Positions 30,351-44,495 of a stretch of 64,000 nt of DNA are shown here, one piece after another. The notes beneath the pieces are model-generated. The model did not search any database, was not told where the DNA came from, and saw only the letters and a program-made list of their open reading frames with translations. How positions within the stretch are numbered: the stretch's first letter is position 1; each line of letters opens with the position of its first letter. The DNA is from Octopus vulgaris (taxonomy: Eukaryota): assembly GCA_951406725.2 (NCBI GenBank), contig OX597815.1, positions 154,876,001 through 154,940,000 of the forward strand. The letters are read 5' to 3'. The position numbers and the translations under genes are program-made.

Positions 30351-30564
30351 GTGGGTTTGTATGTATGTATTTATGTTTGTACACACACACACAAAAGGCA
30401 CACGATTTAATAAGTATTTAGTAACTTAGTAAGTTCGATAAACGACAGAGAGACAGAAACAGGCAGTAACAAGGAAAATGCCACTTGTATTTGAACACTA
30501 TGCAAATATTCTTTAAAAAAACTTTTCTTTTAACTTTTCCAAAATTTAATTATTTCCCATACTT

Positions 30565-30602
30565 ACAGTTGAAAAAGTCTCAATGACTGAAACCGGTACT
30601 GA
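30565..30602 (+). ncRNA. Minimal type I hammerhead with an eroded core
   Basis: CAG TTGAAAA AGTC tcaat GACT GAA ACCGGT A CTG: all three stems intact, two core substitutions. Confidence 0.65.
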
Positions 30603-30719
30603 AATGTTTTTTATAAAATCATGTTAGCATTTTCTACCTTGACTTGAATTAGTAACTTAATAAGTATTTAGTGACTTAATAAGACATCTCTATTCCAACA
30701 AAAATCTAATTTGCTTTAA

Positions 30720-30960
30720 TAAAAATGTGTGCATGTTCTATATCTGCTCTCGTATAACATTATTCTAAGAATCCGCCATCGGCTTCGATGACTACTTCCA
30801 TGCGGGATCAGAATCGTTCACATATCTGCACTAAATAATCTAGATTCATTTTGGACATCAACTTGACAATGGCAGTCTTCACTGAAAAAAAAAACTGTAT
30901 TGCGAAAATATCGATTAGTCTCCTCCTTTCAACAGCGCTCCAAACATAGTAGTTAGCAAT
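30720..30960 (-). mobile_element. Tc1/mariner (maT/DD37D-like) transposase C-terminal remnant
   Basis: Minus strand YYVWSAVERR...CERF*SRMEVVIEADGGFLE*. Confidence 0.6.
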
Positions 30961-32032
30961 TTGCAAATTAACATCAGTTCCTCTTGGTCAGATCTACATT
31001 CACCAAATGCGAATAAAGAAGAAGCAGCTGTTTAAGTTGTTATCAATATTATTACATATAGCTATGCAAGTGTATGATTGATGTGTATGTGTTTGTCCAT
31101 GTGAATAGTCAGGGAAGTGGGAAAACATAAAAGTAACCCTAAAAGTGATATTACACGCGGCCTAATAGAAATATATATATACATGTACATATATATAGAG
31201 AGAGAGTAAGAGCGAAAGAGAGCGATATATATGTGTGTGTGTATGTGCGTGTAAACGGCGTCTCCATGTCATCAGCATCACTCGGACTCATCACAAATTT
31301 CACATAAGACACATGCCTGCTCGAAGAATTTCACCTTTTTCCGCTTTATTTCTAGTCACAAATGGCTTTTTTTTTTGGTATCTAGCACTATATCTTTCTC
31401 CATTTCTAAGTTAGGGACAAAATTAAAGCAACCCTGCAAAACACAACTGATCTTTACACACAGATGCATAAAATAACAGCAATCAAATAGTGACAGTTGA
31501 GTCCACAACAAACATCGGCGATCTGACTGTCTTCTCTATACTTGATAAGAGATACCAGTTAGTCTTTTACACCTACCAGGCTCATTCGTATATACCGATA
31601 TAATAAGTAATAGGCTAACAGAAAATAAGTCCTGGGGTTGATTTCTTCAACTAAAACCCTTTCAGGTTGTGTTCCCGTGTGTGTGCGCGTAGGTGCGCAC
31701 ACACACACACACACACATTTAAATCACAAATAGTAATGAAATATGTCCTTATGTTCTTCACTCTCTAGAAAACATTGTAGGGGAAAGATCTGGCAAATTT
31801 AAAACTCGAGATATTTCTAAATCTCTATGCTAAGCCTTTATAACCACAATAACCACAATAACATCATGCTTATTTGTTTCTTGAATAAGCTGAGGGTTTG
31901 CCATTATTTTCTGAAACAAAGATTATACGGATTTAGAAAAAATGCAGCAATGACCCGAAAAAGGTATGTCCTTAAATACCTTACGTACCATGCATATATA
32001 TTCATAGGTGTACATATGTGTATATGTTTTCC

Positions 32033-32084
<52 letters not shown>

Positions 32085-32989
32085 AGCATGTATATATACA
32101 CATTTATGTGTATACATGTGTGTGTAAGCATGGAAGCATGTTTGAATGTGTGATTATACAGGTAGGGGTTTGGTTGTGAACATGCCGATGTTCTGACTAT
32201 GCAGTTTTATTATTTTAATAAATAAAATGTATATTTTTTACATCATATCCTTACATTGAAAATCATGAATCAGGAAAGTAGAACAGAATACAAACTATGA
32301 TACCTGTTCGTTTTGCTGGCTTGCACTGCTTGTGACACAGCAGTAATCGTGAAAATGTCAGATTCATTGATCAAATGCTTGCCTTTAATCTCCTTGTAGA
32401 TCAAGTGCTTTGATATACCCACGTTATTTCGCACCATGCCATATAACTCAATATTCCATCACCAGAGGATGTTAGTCATTGAAGTATAATGATTCGATCA
32501 TATCTGTTCATCTTAAATCAACCCTCTATCGTCTTAGTATTAGTGACAGCCTGCAATGTGTTTCAGTTTTGCATACCCGGCGAAAACACTTCAATGATTT
32601 TTTAAATATTTTATCAATGTATTTATGTATGACTCAACAGAAGTAGTGACCAAATTAATACATGATATCAACTCTGGTGTAATTACTTTTGCATAATGAT
32701 TAAGATCATTCGGGAACAAATTACTGAATGCTACAAAAAGAAAAAGGCATAGCAATTTAATTAGCATCTTACCGTCTTCCTCCTATTCCCCAAACAAATT
32801 TCCAAATATTCAAATACAGTCCCTCCAAAACATTGGCATACAGGACCCATTGTCGAACTCGAAATTAGTGTTGGTATTCCTGGGACGGCATTGGATAGGC
32901 ATTTATATGTCTGTGTGTGTACGTGTGACCATTGTGTGTATTTATATCTACTTACGTATATGTAAAAATGTAAATTTTCATAGATACAC

Positions 32990-33025
<36 letters not shown>

Positions 33026-33039
33026 ATATATGTATGCAT

Positions 33040-33096
<57 letters not shown>

Positions 33097-33151
33097 GTAT
33101 GTACATAATATATATGTGTGTGTGTGTATAATATATATGTATATGTATATA

Positions 33152-33206
<55 letters not shown>

Positions 33207-33789
33207 CACCTACCACCCAAGGAAAAAGCCGGAGAGACTAGCCGAAAAGCAATCCACCACCACTCGACTAACCGCTACCCAACCACAACCCAACCTACCA
33301 CCACAGAACAACACTGGCAAATTATAGCTCCCCCAGAAAGCAGAAAGAGGAAATATTTCCTCTCACTCCACACAGATACAAACACACACTCACCCACCAC
33401 AAGAACACAGGAACCCCAAACTCCACTCCCACAACCACTCAAAGCAATAATAAATCTAACCCCAATAAATGCCAATAACATGGAACTCATGGACAAATTT
33501 TTTTTAAATCCTTCACACCAAGCCGTACAACGCATCAAACAACCCCAACATTCCATCAAATGTATACATTTTTTACATGCACAATATAACATACCGCAAA
33601 TTAAAAATGAAATACCCCGAAGACTTTGGCCTCTCCAGAAAAGCTTCTCTGCTCAGCTGTACAACCAGTTTAGAGGGAACAGCCCTCAAACCACACCACA
33701 TGACACTATGGAAGAGGAGGAAGTACATACACCCCTCCTCAAAGAATAAAAAAAAAACAAGAAAAGAAAATAGAAGGTTAGTACAGATT

Positions 33790-36700
33790 TTCTTCTGCAT
33801 TTGCTCAATGTAGGTTGTATAAATACATGTTGCCTAGGGTCGGATTGGCAGCAAAGCTGCCTCTTTGAAGACGTCAGGTCGCAGATATTGGATTTAATAG
33901 TCACTATTGAAACCACCAACTCCTAAATGGCTCCAAGAAGTATATTTTTCCAAGCCAATCTGGAGGGAGGTGGGGGGGGTCGCAGTTCTGGGAAAAATCT
34001 GGATTTAGAGGTGAGAACTGTCTTTGTAGACCTGGGGTTGAGGCATGTTGCTCGCCTTAGATGTGACGTACAATAGTGGTAAGCCCTTCATGTTGGTGGC
34101 TGCCTATGCTCCTTGTGGAGCTGGGCAATCTGACTATTTCAGAAGCCTACAGAATTTTCTAGGAACGTCACACACTTTAGCGTTGTTAGTAGATTTTTAC
34201 ACAATCTGCGATGCACGCGTAGATTATGTTGGCTCAAACCCATTTGGAGGGGAAACCTTTGCCTCAGCGGTCTGCTAAATCGTTTTCAGCTGGCAGACCG
34301 ATGCAGACTGGATCACCCGGACGTTCCATTGTGGACATGGGTGTATAACGATGGGTATTCCAGACCTTATCTAGATAGGATTATTGTTAGAATTAAAGAG
34401 AGTTATTGTTAAAGAACATAGATAGTGGTCCACAACATCATATTGTCAACTACAGTGATCACAATTGTGTAACCTGAAGGTTTGATGTAGATAGTATGTG
34501 TAGGCAGGGACCCGCTTACTGGAAGCTAAACCGATCAATTTTGGTCCGTGAAGCCTACAGAAACCGTATTAGACAGTTAGTAATGAGGGCATTATCAGGT
34601 ACCTTTACTAACAACAATTGGTGGTATGCCCTCAAAAAGCCATTAAATTTGAGACAATTAGATTTAGTAAAGAGCTAGTTACTAATGGAAATTGAATAGA
34701 AAGGTGTGTAGTTAAGGCTCTAAAAAGGCAATGTGGTCAAGCTCTGCATGCAGAATTTCAACTGTGAGGTTGGCGCTCGACCAACATCTCAAAGCTAACA
34801 CGAAGGGTGCATTGTCAGGGCTAAGTTACGTGCAATGGGACAAGAGGGAATCAACATCGCCGGATGAGCCCGAGTGGTAGAGATCCAACGCGGCAATAAT
34901 GCAACTATAAGGTTTTTGATGGACCAGCATGAGCGTTCAGTAAACGAACCCTTTGAGATGTGGAAGGTTTTCATGAGCATTTCGCCCACCTTTTCGGGAG
35001 GGCAGGCGGGGCGGAACGTAGGGAGGACCTCACAGACTTCCTCACCGGTATGCTGCGTTTCTCGGGGCGAGAAGCGGAATACTGTGCAAAGCCAATCACA
35101 GGTCCAGATGCGGATGAGGGTATATCAGCCGAAACGTTGTGTTAACAACAAACAAGATGAGGACAAATATCCGTCGAATGTAAATAATGTAAATAAGGGG
35201 GATGTAATTGGTAATTTTCGGCCCATCACTGCTTAACGAGGAGCTGAGGATTTTGGCCAAGGTGTTAGCAAACGGGTTGGCGCCGGTCGTGGGTAAACTT
35301 GTTGGGGAAGTGCAAATCTGCGACATCCTTGGAGAGGTCGATTCATAACAATCTCCATCTTATCCGATACACCTTAGAGAGGGTGAATACCATTCCTGGA
35401 GAGGGTGGGGCTATGTTCCATTTAGACAAATCTAAAGCATGTGATAGGGTTGACCATCAGTATCTGGGGTCGGTCCTTGCGGCGGCCAGGGGCCCGATCT
35501 TCCGTGGGATGATCACTGCTTTATATAACAACATCGATTCGATCGTTCGGGTGAACAGTTTCTTTTCGGAACCGTTCTGCGTTGAGCGTTCGGTACAGCA
35601 AGGGTATCCTCTCTTCCCCCTTCTGTATTTTTTGGTCTTCGAGCTATTGCTGAGGAAGCTGAAGGCTATGAGATGCATCCCGCGAGATCTAGGGTGTGGA
35701 AAATCGGTTTCGGCGTATGCGGACGATAACTCCGTCATGGTATCCCGGGCTGAACACCTACTGTGAGGAGGTAAGGCAATAACGGATGACGAAGCGGTGG
35801 CAGGAGCAAAAAATAACCGGAATAAGACGGTTGGCTTGCAAGTCGGCACCTGGAGAAGCAAGTCGATGCCGCCCAACAACATCGTGGGACGTTGTACAGA
35901 CGGACCGACTAAAATGCTAGGAGTCTGGTTTGGTCCGGATCTCCAGATAGAGAAGAACTGGAGTGAGGCAGTAAGCATGGTGGCTCTCCTAACTCAGACC
36001 TGGTCTGAGCGGAACCTATCCCTGAAAGGGAGAGTAAAGGTTGTAGGTGTGTTTATCGCATCTGTAATTACCTACCGTCTGACTTTCGTGCCTTGTCCGT
36101 GGCTGAACAACTTGGAACGCATGCTCTTCCGCTCGCTCTATTTCCTGCCAACAACTGCTGAAATATAGGCTGGGGATACCATGGCTAAAAATGTGCAGGA
36201 ATGCACTTGGGCTGGGGTATCTTTGGCTCTACCTGGACAGTTAGCAGGTGTGGTCTCCGTTCGTCAGACCGTTGTTTCCGCGGTTCACCTCTTTTAGTGA
36301 ACTGAACCTATAGATTAAGCGTAGACCGAAGTTGGGTGCTTGGCAAGAAGATTCAGGCACTTTGGATCCCCTCCCAGGCAGGAATCTTGTCGTTTTATAG
36401 AGGATTGGTAGAGTTGAATTGTGACGACGTCCGAGGAGAAACCCTAGGATTCAATGACAGTTAACATGCCAGCCTGTACCAGGGCCTACGGATAATTTCC
36501 AGATGTCCTTAGCATGACAATGTTACCGAGGAACCTTGCCTGTTTGGGATAAACTCTACAGGCATGGTTCTTCATCCACACCAACATGCCCAAGATGCGA
36601 GCAGAACAGTGAAACTTTCTGCACGCAATTGTATAGTGTCTGAAAATGTCGGAACTATGGTCTTATGTCGGGCAACTGCTGTCACGACTCGGAAGAGTAC

Positions 36701-37090
36701 AACTGTCATCTGAGTCTATAATTAACATTGTTTCGCCGACTTCTCTGAACAGGGAAGAGCAGGCTCGCTCCCTCTGTGTAGTGGCTGTCGTAAAGAATGT
36801 AGTATGGAAGACTGGAGAGGAGGTGCTTGTCATTCGAGAAAAAATGGAAGATTGTTGCGAGCATGCTAAGAGTGAATGAACCTACTTGAAGTGAGAACAA
36901 AAGGAAAAAACCCAAGTTTCTGTATGGGTAAGTCCCTCACTCCATTCTGTTTTAATCCACTCGATTTTCATATTTTTCATTTATTTTTAACAATATGTTT
37001 AACTTCATGTTGTTAATCATTTGTTCCTCATCCTCTTGTCCGTCTCTGTAAAGTCTCTACTTCGTGTAGACCAACTTGATTCAATAAAAA
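33790..37090 (+). mobile_element. Decayed Tx1/L1-clade LINE ORF2 (APE endonuclease, RT, CCHC)
   Basis: VAAYAP, YLDRII, SDH, GPAYWKLN; NFRPI; SIHNNLHLIR, LDKSKACDRVDHQYL, QQGYPLFPLLY, SAYADD; LSLKGRV; CPRC near 36586; AATAAA at 37083. Confidence 0.9.
35116..35196 (+). mobile_element. 5'-truncated copy of the hammerhead module inserted in the Tx1/L1 ORF
   Basis: gagggtatatcagccgaaacgttgtgttaacaacaaacaagatgaggacaaatatccgtcgaatgtaaataatgtaaataa matches 47760-47835. Confidence 0.85.
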
Positions 37091-37139
37091 TTCGTTTTCA
37101 TATTACCATTCCTACTTAATATTTGTATTCACTTTTTAT

Positions 37140-37690
37140 CTCCTATTCTTATACCACACACCACAAACCGCCCACCACACACCACACGCTGTCCACAACG
37201 CACCACATATCCCTCTCCCTCTCACGCATACATACACGTACACACGAACGCACACATAACTCCATACACACATGCATACACGCACATACACATACGCACA
37301 CATACATACACACACGTATATACACGCACAGCACATATTTACAGACACGCACACACATGAAAGAATATATACCTTCACACTCGTCACACACACACACACA
37401 CGCACACTCGCACACATACTCACGCACTCACACACATCCGTGCACGCATGCACACACGTACATCACACAATACAACATGCATACACATGCACACGTACAT
37501 ACAGACACAAACATACACTTCCACACTCACTTACATGCACATACACAGACATCCCCACACGCACCCACGAACACACACACATACAGAGAATGAGGGACAT
37601 CGATCACTCACACATACACTTGTAAACAGTTAATACCACACACACCACACTCTCACATACACACACATAGAGTTTCCACCACACGCACAG
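37140..37690. repeat. Degenerate (CA)n-rich tract
   Basis: Direct reading. Confidence 0.85.
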
Positions 37691-38052
37691 ATATTACCGA
37701 TAATAGACGGAACCGGTATACGACTAATTCTTGATTTTTATATAATTTTCATCTGTCTTGCTCGCGTATGTTCTGCTGTTTGCTGAATTTCTCTGGAGAA
37801 CATTCTTTTCTTTCTAGTTAGATCGTATGTGATCTTCTTCTAGCATATTGGTTATCCACCTAGTGGTTTATCCCTAAATATACACATGTATATATATAGA
37901 AAGGAACTCTATCTCTCTTAAAAAAATATCTTTTGATAAGCATAACAAATGCGCAACCGGTAAAAAGAACTTTCACCTAATTAAATTACTTAAATTACTT
38001 AAATTATTTTGTCAGCATTTTCTTCATTTCCTTTTATATATATATATATATA

Positions 38053-38400
38053 AGAATATACCATAAACAAGCATAAAAAATGGAGAGAAGATGTTGAAAC
38101 AGAAATAGATTTATTATAAAACTGTATTCAATGCATACGTACGTTTCGAAAAACAATGCAAAAAAATTGAAGAAAAATTTTAATCATAGTGATTAAAATT
38201 ATAATTGAAAGTACGCAATTAAAAAATTAAAATTTAATTATTTTCAATTATTTTCCGTTATAACTTTAATCAAATTTTTTCTTAAATTTTTTACATTGTT
38301 TTTCGAAACGTACGTATGCATCGAATACGGTTTTATAATAAATCCATTTCTGTTTCAACATTTACTCTCCATTTTTTTATATTTGTTTATGGTATATTCT
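38053..38400. repeat. Fold-back palindrome carrying hammerhead 3' halves on both strands
   Basis: Arms of about 130-150 bp; GAAACGTACGTA at 38305, then AATAAA and CTCCA outward; left end abuts (TA)n. Confidence 0.85.
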
Positions 38401-38578
38401 ATAACGAATCTCATCTAATATTATTTTCATATTCTTATTTCCTGTTTTGGCTGATTTTCATGAATATGATGAATCCATATTAGAAATCACATTTTCTCTA
38501 TTTTGGGATCCCCCCAAAAGTTTAAATTGTTCTTTTCTCTCACTCTCTCTCTCTCACACACACACATACACACACATA

Positions 38579-38635
<57 letters not shown>

Positions 38636-38741
38636 AATGTGAGGATAAAATTCTTTTCCCCAAAAAATATTTTCTCGAAAAAAATTTTATCAATGGCCAG
38701 CATATTAAAAAATACCTTTAACGGTTAAATTTATAAATAAT

Positions 38742-38850
38742 TCATAAATAAGGGCAAAGGAAAAAAAATTCTAATGCCATATATGCCGAAAAATTGGACA
38801 TATTGTCCATTAACCATGGCATTATAATTTTTTTCCTTTGCCCTCATTTA

Positions 38851-38853
<3 letters not shown>
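38742..38853. repeat. Short inverted repeat (about 38-bp arms) abutting (TA)n
   Basis: tcataaataagggcaaaggaaaaaaaattctaatgccat / atggcattataattttttttcctttgccctcatttatga. Confidence 0.75.
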
Positions 38854-38918
<65 letters not shown>

Positions 38919-38930
38919 GTATATGTATGA

Positions 38931-38976
<46 letters not shown>

Positions 38977-38991
38977 ATATATATATATATG

Positions 38992-39877
38992 ATTTAGAGG
39001 AATGACTACTAATAGTGGACAGCCATTTACCACGAAGAATGTGTTCTCAAAAAAAAATTCAGCAAAATCCAAAGTTTGAAAATAAGCAAGACAAATGAAT
39101 ATATACGAAATAAAAAACGATTACCTACGTACTAGTTAGTTTCACTTGTTAATATTTACGTGTATGGATACGCAAACATCTGCAAGTTTGTCAGCGTAGT
39201 CTGTCGTTTACGAAATCCAATTTCTAGAACTAGATACAGAGCGCTCGACTGAAATCCAGCATGTATAAATCTCCAAAATTATATTTATGTCTATCTTTCA
39301 AATGCATTCACTTTGGCGCGCTGAGATCGGAAATTACTCTGCAGTTAACAAACTACAGCAGTTAATTTACCGGCTAGAGAATATTTTTTATTTAAAATTA
39401 AATAAGGGTTGATATTGATGTTAATCAATTAAAACCATTTGAAAGATAGACATAAATATAATTTGTGGAGCTTTATACATGCTGGATTTTGGTCGAGTGC
39501 TCTGTATCTAATTCTAGAAATTGTATTTCATAAACGACATACTACGCTGACGATCTTGTATCCATATACGTAAATATTAACAAATGAAACTAGTTAGTAC
39601 GTAGGTAATCGTTTTTTTTTTTTTATTTCGTATATTTTCATTTGTCTTGCTTATTTTCAAACTTTGTTTTTTTTGCTGAATTTTTTCTTGAGAACACGTT
39701 CTTCGTGGTAAATGGCAAGTTTGATGTCTATTTCTAGCATACAGGCTGTCCACTATTAGTGGTCATTCCTCTAAATTTTGTATGCATTGCATTTTTAATC
39801 TTCGAATTTAAAAAAAAATATGCTAGGCCACTGTTTTTAATTGATTAATATCAATTTCTACTCTTATTTAATTTTAT
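38992..39877. repeat. Large fold-back element (arms 38992-39304 and 39436-39776) with a hammerhead on each strand and a nested second inverted repeat
   Basis: Plus-strand ribozyme 39542-39604: CTACG CTGACGA...GAAACTAGTTAGTA CGTAG; 39394-39435 is the reverse complement of 39832-39876; (TA)n on both sides. Confidence 0.85.
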
Positions 39878-39881
39878 TGGT

Positions 39882-39912
<31 letters not shown>

Positions 39913-40464
39913 GTGTCAGTGTATGTGTGTGTGTGTTTGCGTGGGTACATATATATATGAGTTCAAAGAGTCTTGCACGTGGATAAAGTAAATTACGTGA
40001 TGCAGGTTCAGTTGTCGTTATTTACTGCAGCAAACATCTACTTCAAGCACGAATTCATTTTACAAAAATTGCATTTCTTTAAATGAATAAGTAAATGAAT
40101 ATTAATATCCAAACTGAAAATATCTTAAATTAAAACATCATGACATAAAATTAATTTCTCATTTGTATATCGTTCAATATATACATAAATTCAATAAAAA
40201 TGTTACATATTAATTAACAAGTAATTACAAACATCACATATTAATTTTATGTTAGGTAGCGTGAGGATTTCGTACGAGTAAGTTACTCACAATGAATATT
40301 AGAGGCTTGATATGTATGATATGTATGTACGTATGTATGTATGTATGTATGTATGTATGTATGTATGTATGTATGTATGTATGTATGTATGTATGTATGT
40401 ATAGTATGTATGTATGCATTTGTCTATCCGTCTGTCTGTCTCTCTGTATGCATGTACGTATTTG

Positions 40465-40517
<53 letters not shown>

Positions 40518-40521
<4 letters not shown>

Positions 40522-40644
40522 GAGACGAATGCTCAAGATAATGTCAATCCGTTTATATCATTAAGTCCTCTGTTTCGACGGGTGCACTCCAAAATGTCCG
40601 GCAGGATAAAAAATGGTCAACAGTGTACCAATCTCTTCAGAAGG
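40518..40644 (-). ncRNA. Hammerhead relic with stem III partly deleted, plus tail ending at (TA)n
   Basis: CCTT CTGAAGA GATTGGTACAC...GTGCACCCGTC GAAACA GAGG; a sister tail at 43350-43410 (+) retains GTA-GAGGAC. Confidence 0.55.
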
Positions 40645-41244
40645 TTTATGATAACAAGTTCATCAGATAAACTAAACATGTTAACCGATAAAGTAGCTCC
40701 TATAAAATGTACCCTATTTGTATTTATATTGACACAGCCGTTCACGTTCAAACATGTGACGTAAATAAATATAAAGGTTATATTTACACAAAAGTATACA
40801 AACATATACACGCTCAATAATTGAAATAGAAACACAAATATACGTATATATATATACACATATATACATATATATATATATATATATATTACCATTTTTA
40901 CCCCTCTGCAAAAAGATCTCAAATTTTATTTGATTTGCTTTTCGTAGGAAGGAAAGTTTCTTATCGAAGATACGTCTCGACTTCACCTTCGAAACGTAGA
41001 GTAGATGAAACCATGGCGACTGAAGAAGGGTTTTTTTCTTGTGTTATTTGTCCTGTACTCTATTTTTTTGTTGTTTAAGAAAAATGTCCAGTTCCTTGGG
41101 TTTGTGTCTATGTTTTCGTTTCTCATTGTGTTCGACGTTTTTTTGGTGTCCTGTACTCATATATGCGTGTATATATACATGTAGAGGTAGGTACGTACAT
41201 ATATGTATATATATATGCATATGTTTTATTAATGTATATATATA

Positions 41245-42519
41245 CGAGGGACGTTCAATAAGTAATGCCTCTGACCTACTTGCAGTTGTTTGATCTAGCT
41301 GAAACTTTGCATATGCAATCATTTATATCTCTATAGAGTACGTGGCAAAGTACAGCTCTGAATTAATTGTGGTTTCTGATTTACAGGTGTTTGAACCGAG
41401 TCAAGTGTGAAATGGAGCCTGTTGAGTGTCGAGCAGTGATCCGGTTTTTGTATTTGAAAGGACGCAGACCACGGGAGACTTTTGATGAAATGAAAGTAAC
41501 TTATGGTGATGATGCCCCATCATATGACCTTGTAAAACGCTGGCATCGTGAATTCAAACATGGTCGGAACTCTGTGGAAACAGCTCCCAGATCTGGTCGC
41601 CCCCTTGTCTGTCCGTCAAGTTGAGTCTGCCATTTTGGAAGATCGACGCATAATTATTCGCCAAATAGCCCATGAGGTCAAGATTAGTACCGGGTCTGTG
41701 GAAACTATCATTCATGACCATTTGCATATGCAAAAGGTGTCTGCCAGATGGATTCCCAGGTTGCTCACGCCTTTCCAGAAGCAAGAACGCGTCGAGTGCT
41801 CGAGGGTGAATTTGGAGATGTGCCTAGAAGATGAGTCAAAATTTTTCAAAAGACTGATTACACAGGATGAAACCTGGGTCCATCACTATGATCCAGAGAT
41901 CAAAGCCCAGTCAATGCAGTGGAAGCACCGTGACTCACCCCCTCCAAAGAAGGCAAGGGTGCAGCCCTCCGCTGGCAAGGTCATGCTCACAGTCTTCTGG
42001 GACCAGGACGGAGTAGTGATGACAGATTTCCTGGCAAAGGGTACCACAATTGCAGGAGCCTATTATGCTTCACTTTTGAAGAAATTAAGAGAAGTTATCA
42101 AAATCAAGAGGTGGGGCAAGATCAGCAAAGGCATCCTCCTCCTGCAGGACAACGCTCCGGTCTATAACTCGCTTGTCGCCAGATCAGAAGCACAGGCGTA
42201 TGGCTATGAACTCCTCCCCATCCCCCCTACTTTCCTGACCTTTTACCCTCTGATTTTCACCTCTTCCCAATCATGAAGTTGTTTTTGAAAGGAAAGCGTT
42301 TCCCAGATGATGCAGCCTTGATTTCTGAAGTCACGTTGAGGTTGGAGGACCAAGCTGGGTTCTTCTACAAAAACGGTCTCCAGAGCCGCATCAAAAAATG
42401 GGAGAAATGCGTAACTCTGGGTGGTTCCTAAGTAGAAAAAGACTAATAACTGTGCCAAGTTTCGTTGCTCTAATGCTATGGGAAGTGGGTCAGGGGCATT
42501 ACTTATTGAACGCCCCTTG
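41245..42519 (+). mobile_element. Full-length mariner (DD34D) DNA transposon
   Basis: TIRs CGAGGGACGTTCAATAAGTAATGCC / GGCATTACTTATTGAACGCCCCTTG with TA duplication on both sides; 1275 bp. Confidence 0.95.
41412..42446 (+). pseudogene. Mariner transposase, frameshifted
   Basis: MEPVECRAVIRFL...PRSGRP; WIPRLL; ITQDETWVHHYDPE; LLQDNAP; YFPDLLPSDFHLF in a shifted frame; at least two frameshifts and a late stop. Confidence 0.9.
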
Positions 42520-43495
42520 TATGTATGTATATATATATATATATATATAATATTATATATACATATATATATTTATAAATGTACACATACATATTCTGAG
42601 ATATACTCACACACATATGCATATATCTCTACACATATACTCTTACATATTAATGCGGTAACGAATTCGAATCACACCTTTACTAAAATATACGCTAACG
42701 TTCACATACTAATACTCACAAACTAACAGTGATATATACGTATCCAAAAACATCATAGACCCCAACACATAATTGTATACACATACACACACTTATTTAA
42801 GCACATAACGATTACGTTCATTCACAAAATATTTACATAAGAACAATGGACGCTTGGAATTTAAAATGACGTTGTTGGAACAAGCTGAGAGAAGGAACTG
42901 AAGTATAGAAAGATAGGGAGGGGGAAAGAAAGGAAGGAAAAGCCAGAAGAAAAAGAAAATGAAATAAAAGAAACTGGATAAATTATTATTAGTTAATGGG
43001 AAGAAATTTTTTGAAAGAACTAAAAACAACCTGCTAAATGATAGTTTTGTGAACTCATTATAACTCCCATATGCATGTAGCTAGACGCATTGAGATGCTT
43101 AAGTATGTTTGACAGGATTTTAACAATCTCGCCTTATAAATATAAACAGACGTTCATACACATATAGAGGAGCACACGTCTCCCAAAACATTGACAGACT
43201 ACAATAAACCCATACTCACACTTATAAGTCTATATACAATATTGTGCACACTGATAAACAAAATAAAATTTAACAAAGGGAAGTAAAGGTTAAGGGAAGT
43301 GAGATTGAGGAATATGGCAAAGAAGTTTGCATTAAATATAATTAAATGTATGTAGAGGACTTCATGTTATAAACAGATTAACAGCATCTTGAGCGTTCGT
43401 CTGCTTTTTCTATTTTTATATTTTCTACTACTTAAGTCTTACTATCCGGAATAAGTGTATTAGAAAAATGTGTTTGTTGGTATTTAAATAGACAG

Positions 43496-43963
43496 TAACG
43501 CCTTACTTCCCTGGGCATGGACACATTGAATCTCCGACATCTGGCAGCTGACTTGTCAGACACCCATAAAATTATCAACCATCGCACAAACAATAACTCT
43601 GAGCACCTTTTCGGACTCCACCCATCTAACACCCGTGGACATATTTACAAAGTCAGAAAACAGCACAGCTCCCATGACTTTAGGAAACATTTTTTCACGC
43701 TAAGAGTTGATGAAGCATGGAACAAACTGCCGGCATTAGTTGTTAGTTGTCGGAGCACTGCATCCTTCAAAACTTCCATGCTTTCTGAGATTCGCCAACA
43801 CTACACCTGATTTTCTCCCCTCCATACACACACAAGCATGTACCTGACTCATGCATTGTTCGCTTTCCAGACATTTGTACACTGCTGCATGTGCTTTATA
43901 TGTACTGTCTGACAAGTTGTGGTGCACCTGAGCACTGTATACAATAATTTCATTATTATTATT
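43496..43963 (+). mobile_element. CR1-clade LINE 3' end
   Basis: TRGHIYKV...RKHFFTLRVDEAWNKLPALVV...SFK, 3' UTR and (ATT)n tail. Confidence 0.85.
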
Positions 43964-44402
43964 TAGGAGGGGAAAACAAATTTCAGTGTTAGGCTTAATA
44001 AGGAGGCTAATGATAGTAATAGAGGTGTAAGGTGGGAGGAAGAGAGAAGGATGGTTTAGGTGGTATGTGAATGGCGACCTTTGTGTTAATTTGTATGAAA
44101 GCTATAGAGAATGAAAATTAGGATGGCTATTATTTGAGGAAAATAAGTTGACTGGTTCAGTGTCTGAGAGAGATTAGTAAGATATGTAAGGAAGAATGAG
44201 AGATGGAGGGTGATAATAGAGTGGGGGTGAGAGGTTTGTCAAAAATAGTCGTGTGACAAAGAAATTTGCCTGGTATTGGAGATGGGTTGTTATGTTGTAG
44301 AGGGCTGTATGATATTGAATGGAGGGGTGAATAGGGAAGGGATTCCCTGCGAGTTAACACGGTATCTTCTAACGACAATGTAAGCATTATGTAATCAAGA
44401 TA

Positions 44403-44495
44403 TCCTTGGCATGACGAGTAGCTTGCGGTCTGCCCCTCATTTGAATAATTACAACTTCTGAGGTTCCGCTAGCTATGAAACATATGTAGCTTGGA
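44403..44495 (+). ncRNA. Type I hammerhead with long stem II and a C3>A change
   Basis: GGC ATGACGA GTAGC...GCTAT GAA ACATATGT A GCT. Confidence 0.55.

Noticed and set aside
33205-33780. ORF1 of the Tx1/L1 element
   Set aside because: Position fits, but no RRM or zinc-knuckle motif is recognisable.
41412-42446. Active or domesticated mariner transposase
   Set aside because: Frameshifts near 41610 and 42220 and a premature stop; an ordinary dead copy.
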